DNA of 42,387 nt, taken from the NCBI GenBank assembly GCA_015233625.1, contig JADFXK010000001.1:9537-51923 (forward strand), written 5' to 3'. Under the pieces are notes generated by a model, which saw nothing but the letters and a program-made list of their open reading frames with translations, ran no database searches and was not told the DNA's origin. Numbering within the stretch: position 1 is the stretch's first letter; each line of letters begins with the position of its first letter. This document shows positions 39,786-42,387 of the stretch, piece by piece. A program made the position numbers and the translations under genes. Source of the stretch: Deltaproteobacteria bacterium (lineage in GTDB: Bacteria > Desulfobacterota > JADFXK01).

Positions 39786-39807
39786 TCTATTCTCCTATAG
39801 TGGTAAA

Positions 39808-39895
39808 GCCTAACGCCCGCCACCAGCCACTGCCGGAAGCCGAACCGACGCAGGAGCATAGGCTGTTCCCAGTCGGCTGCAAACCCTTGTCGGCT
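39808..39895 (-). other. attC site (cassette with GH19 enzyme)
   Basis: Minus strand AGCCGAC-AAGGG-TTTGCAGC-CGACTGGGAA...TTCCGGCAGTG-GCTGGTG-GCGGGC-GTTAGGC. R' is a perfect GTTRRRY and R'' is degenerate. Confidence 0.75.
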
Positions 39896-39952
39896 AGGAC
39901 GTTAGAACAGACATTGGCAAGGTCTAAGGTGAGTTTGCCTCCTGGGTTGGTA

Positions 39953-40846
39953 TTATGACTGCGCTGAATTCTTTACTCCCTTGATTGTATCAAGTCCTCG
40001 CTTGATGGCATCTTCGGTGACCGGGCTGGCGATACCATCAGCAACAATGCCCACAGCAGCTTGAAAGTTCTTCACGGCCTGGCGCGTGGCTGGGCCATAG
40101 CGACCGTCAACGACGAGTTTAGGCACTGCCCCAAGGTCGTTGAGGGCTTTCTGAAGCCTCTCCACATTGTCGTCTTCGACGCTGGTTTGCCAAGGCTCCG
40201 CATCGGCGTTCAGCAACGGCCACACCATGTTGAACCATGCTTCCCGTTCGTCGAGTCCTGTCAAGCCACCGTTGATGCGCTTGGTGATGGTGATGATATC
40301 GTTCTTGTCCGCAAATGTGTTAAGGTTGTTTTCAGTCCACTCACCTACGGCTGGCTTCAAGGCGTGTGCAGGGTAAGTCACCAAATCGGGGTTGCCTACG
40401 AAATTAACTCCACAGAGGGTACCCATGTGCTGGTGGTTTCGTCGTCCAGTGGTTTGGAACATCCCGTTACCACGATAGAGAAATCCATCGCCTCGCTGTG
40501 TATTGCCGAGATCGTGCGCCTTGGACGGGTTGCCGAGGCCATAAACCCTCTCGGCGATGTCTTCCGGGTGGTGGGCGAGTGTCTCTGCCTCATCAGCCGT
40601 CACCGCAGCGCTATGATGGGCGCCAAATATCTTGAGGAGTCGCTGTGCAGAGTAGTTCATATTCTCGCGCAGGATCGTGAAGCCACCCGTCTCGTGCAAG
40701 GCCTGAGCCAGGAAATGCGTCATGCGCAGCGGTGTCGTGATCCTGTGTTCCTTAAACAGTGAGTCGCCTTGGCGGATTGCCTCAAGGTAATTGTCGAGCG
40801 CGTTGGTAGCCGTACGTCTGACCACGTTGATAGTATTGATCGTCAT
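39953..40846 (-). CDS. Glycoside hydrolase family 19 (lysozyme/chitinase-like) with C-terminal peptidoglycan-binding domain, cassette ORF
   Basis: HFLAQALHETGG, LGN...DGFLYRGNG.FQTTGR.N, ITKRINGG and LQKALN..G...VDG.YGPAT..AV..FQ motifs. ATG 40846 follows GGAGGT. Confidence 0.92.
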   Translation of the reverse strand: MTINTINVVRRTATNALDNYLEAIRQGDSLFKEHRITTPLRMTHFLAQALHETGGFTILRENMNYSAQRLLKIFGAHHSAAVTADEAETLAHHPEDIAERVYGLGNPSKAHDLGNTQRGDGFLYRGNGMFQTTGRRNHQHMGTLCGVNFVGNPDLVTYPAHALKPAVGEWTENNLNTFADKNDIITITKRINGGLTGLDEREAWFNMVWPLLNADAEPWQTSVEDDNVERLQKALNDLGAVPKLVVDGRYGPATRQAVKNFQAAVGIVADGIASPVTEDAIKRGLDTIKGVKNSAQS

Positions 40847-40907
40847 GAAATCTACCTCCATTTTTGTCTGTGTTCGGTTGGAGAAGAAATCTGGACACCC
40901 CCGCGAA

Positions 40908-41011
40908 GTCGAACGTCGCGGGTAACTCCTTAACGACCATGGGCATGGGCTTGCAATAAAGGACTCCGAATACGCCCTATGGTTGCTCAACGGGTTAACT
41001 CGCTGTCAGGT
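40908..41011 (-). other. attC site (cassette with Macro-SEFIR/TIR fusion)
   Basis: Minus strand ACCTGAC-AGCGA-GTTAAC...ACCATAGGGCGT...ATGCCCATGGT...GTTACC-CGCGAC-GTTCGAC, an imperfect palindrome starting 9 bp after the stop codon. Confidence 0.72.
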
Positions 41012-41020
41012 CATTATGTT

Positions 41021-42016
41021 CTATACCCAAACAGGTGGCTTCCCGACCGGCGGTGCAAGATCGATGTTATAGAGTTCCTTAAGAAGTCTTGTCCAGATTT
41101 CTCTACCATCATCGGCAGGGGCACAATGAAAGCAGTATTTTGTCTTTAAGTACTTGGGAACACCTTTCTCGAAATCCTGTTCTCTGATGATAGCCAGATA
41201 TTTGTTGTTGCCAGCCGGAAGATTCAACAGATCACCTTGAATAATCATCGTCTCCCATCCAACTCCGCCCGAGCGGCCGTCAGCCTTCGCAGCATATTGT
41301 GCATCTGAGACAATTACCACTCTGTCGGCCATTGCCAATTCGTTCGTCATCCATTGGGGCAGATCCATACCCTCGCGCAAGTGCCATTGGTCGAGACGTG
41401 CTTCGATGCCGTTGTCCCTTAGGTATGTCGCAAGCCCTGCCACCCAGCCCTTCTGCTCTTGGGTTGCACCAGTGTAGCTTATGAATACCCGAATCGGTTC
41501 TTTGACCTGTGGCTGCGGGACCAGGCCGGGGCCCGATGGTTTGACGTAGTTACTGAGGCGACGAAAAACATTCTCATGCAAGATGCTGATGGTTAGGATT
41601 GCATCCGGATGCGCTTTACTTTTAAAGCCCTCTGCAATTGCGTCAACCACATGCTCACTTCGGAGCCCGCCCGCACCTGCACCTAGGAGTGGAGCCGATA
41701 CAGCTCTGACTGATGAGTAATCTTGTGTGGCCGAGCCAAGCCGCGTTCCTATCAACCGAATAGCTGCGGTGGTAGAATGCATATTTATTACAGAGGCCGC
41801 AAATGCGACGTATTGAGCGATGTTCTCGCCACCTGTGAAGGGCATAATATCTACCTGGCCCAGCTCATATGCCCTTTTTGGGTCCGGTATCCTGTACTCT
41901 TGAAGTGCTGTAGCAACAAAACTCGTTATCGTCCCGCCCGTTGAGCAGGGCAATACAACTAAATCGGATGGCCCGTCAAATATGTTACCAAGTCGCAACT
42001 TAACAAGAGCAGCCAT
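41021..42016 (-). CDS. Macro-domain + SEFIR/TIR-domain fusion protein, cassette ORF
   Basis: The N-terminal half has LGNIF...DLVVLP...APLLGAGAGG (macro). The C-terminal half has VFISY, WV..LA..LR.NGI...LDQW.L..G.DL..WM and KADGRSGGVGWE (SEFIR/TIR with Glu retained). ATG 42016 follows AAGGAGG. Confidence 0.88.
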   Translation of the reverse strand: MAALVKLRLGNIFDGPSDLVVLPCSTGGTITSFVATALQEYRIPDPKRAYELGQVDIMPFTGGENIAQYVAFAASVINMHSTTAAIRLIGTRLGSATQDYSSVRAVSAPLLGAGAGGLRSEHVVDAIAEGFKSKAHPDAILTISILHENVFRRLSNYVKPSGPGLVPQPQVKEPIRVFISYTGATQEQKGWVAGLATYLRDNGIEARLDQWHLREGMDLPQWMTNELAMADRVVIVSDAQYAAKADGRSGGVGWETMIIQGDLLNLPAGNNKYLAIIREQDFEKGVPKYLKTKYCFHCAPADDGREIWTRLLKELYNIDLAPPVGKPPVWV

Positions 42017-42063
42017 TGTTGAAATCCTCCTTACACATGACTTAGTCTCTACACGTTCTGGAG

Positions 42064-42320
42064 TCGTAACGTTCGACATGAACGGATTACACCGGCTTGG
42101 CCGTAGCGGTCGTTCGATGGCCCGATTTGGCAGTTCCGCTTACAGGTGCACCGGCCAATTTGTGTTGCCAACCTTTAGGAATCAGGTTGAGGCGGCTTCC
42201 AATTTCAGCAATGAAGTCTGTGAATGTGCGGCTTATCTGGTGAATGCCGTATTGAGTGTGATATACTACTCCAACTTAGGTTGTGACAGGCACGATTATT
42301 GCTTGCAAGCTGTGTTATAG
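42064..42320 (-). other. Probable long or degenerate attC site upstream of the Macro-TIR cassette
   Basis: The right arm CCGTTCATG-TCGAAC-GTTACGA is attC-like. A candidate left arm CTATAAC-ACAG-CTTGCAAG lies 14 bp after a minus-strand stop (42335-42337). The left boundary is uncertain. Confidence 0.4.
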
Positions 42321-42387
42321 ACAAAAACAATATCTCATATATCCTCTAAAAGCCATAGTCCGTTTCGGACTTTCAACTTATTGCTTT

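Noticed and set aside
40847-40990. N-terminal extensions of cassette ORFs (345-aa GH19 call, likewise the 352-aa Macro-TIR call to 42079 and the 283-aa pirin call to 33452)
   Set aside because: The extensions run through attC sites or the upstream gene, and strong RBSs precede the internal ATGs at 40846, 42016 and 33347.
26479-42016. NUDIX, ART-like and Macro-TIR genes as one ADP-ribose system
   Set aside because: They are far apart and in different contexts (backbone, accessory block, cassette). The shared theme is not evidence of linkage.

Overview
A 42.4-kb bacterial chromosomal window. Gene content suggests a deltaproteobacterial (Desulfobacterota-like) host, which is an inference. The backbone is GC-rich: tRNA-Phe(GAA), a xanthine-dehydrogenase-family Mo/FeS/FAD operon, MFS and CDF transporters, a frameshifted acetyl-CoA hydrolase-GNAT fusion, tandem cold-shock genes, a 13-repeat TPR gene with a decayed twin, a NUDIX hydrolase, ileS-lspA-lgt and a YcaC/amidohydrolase/pirin cluster. 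The most interesting part is the right-hand ~6 kb. It is a minus-strand integron-like cassette array with three clear and two weaker attC-like sites and no intI in the window. Each of the three clear sites has one altered core triplet. The cassettes are a Macro-domain/SEFIR-TIR fusion, a GH19 lysozyme-like enzyme with a peptidoglycan-binding domain and a DUF900-like hydrolase. Beyond these lie a membrane ORF and an ART-like/DUF6575-like gene pair. Other unexplained structure includes a Cas2/VapD-like + PIN gene pair inserted between ileS and lspA and a 68-bp diverged copy of lgt 6.4 kb downstream of the gene. There is also a four-copy MITE family (one copy keeps its terminal inverted repeats and a target-site duplication), an AT-rich membrane gene splitting the xdh operon and a structured ileS leader. 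All family assignments come from motif recognition by eye, not from database searches.
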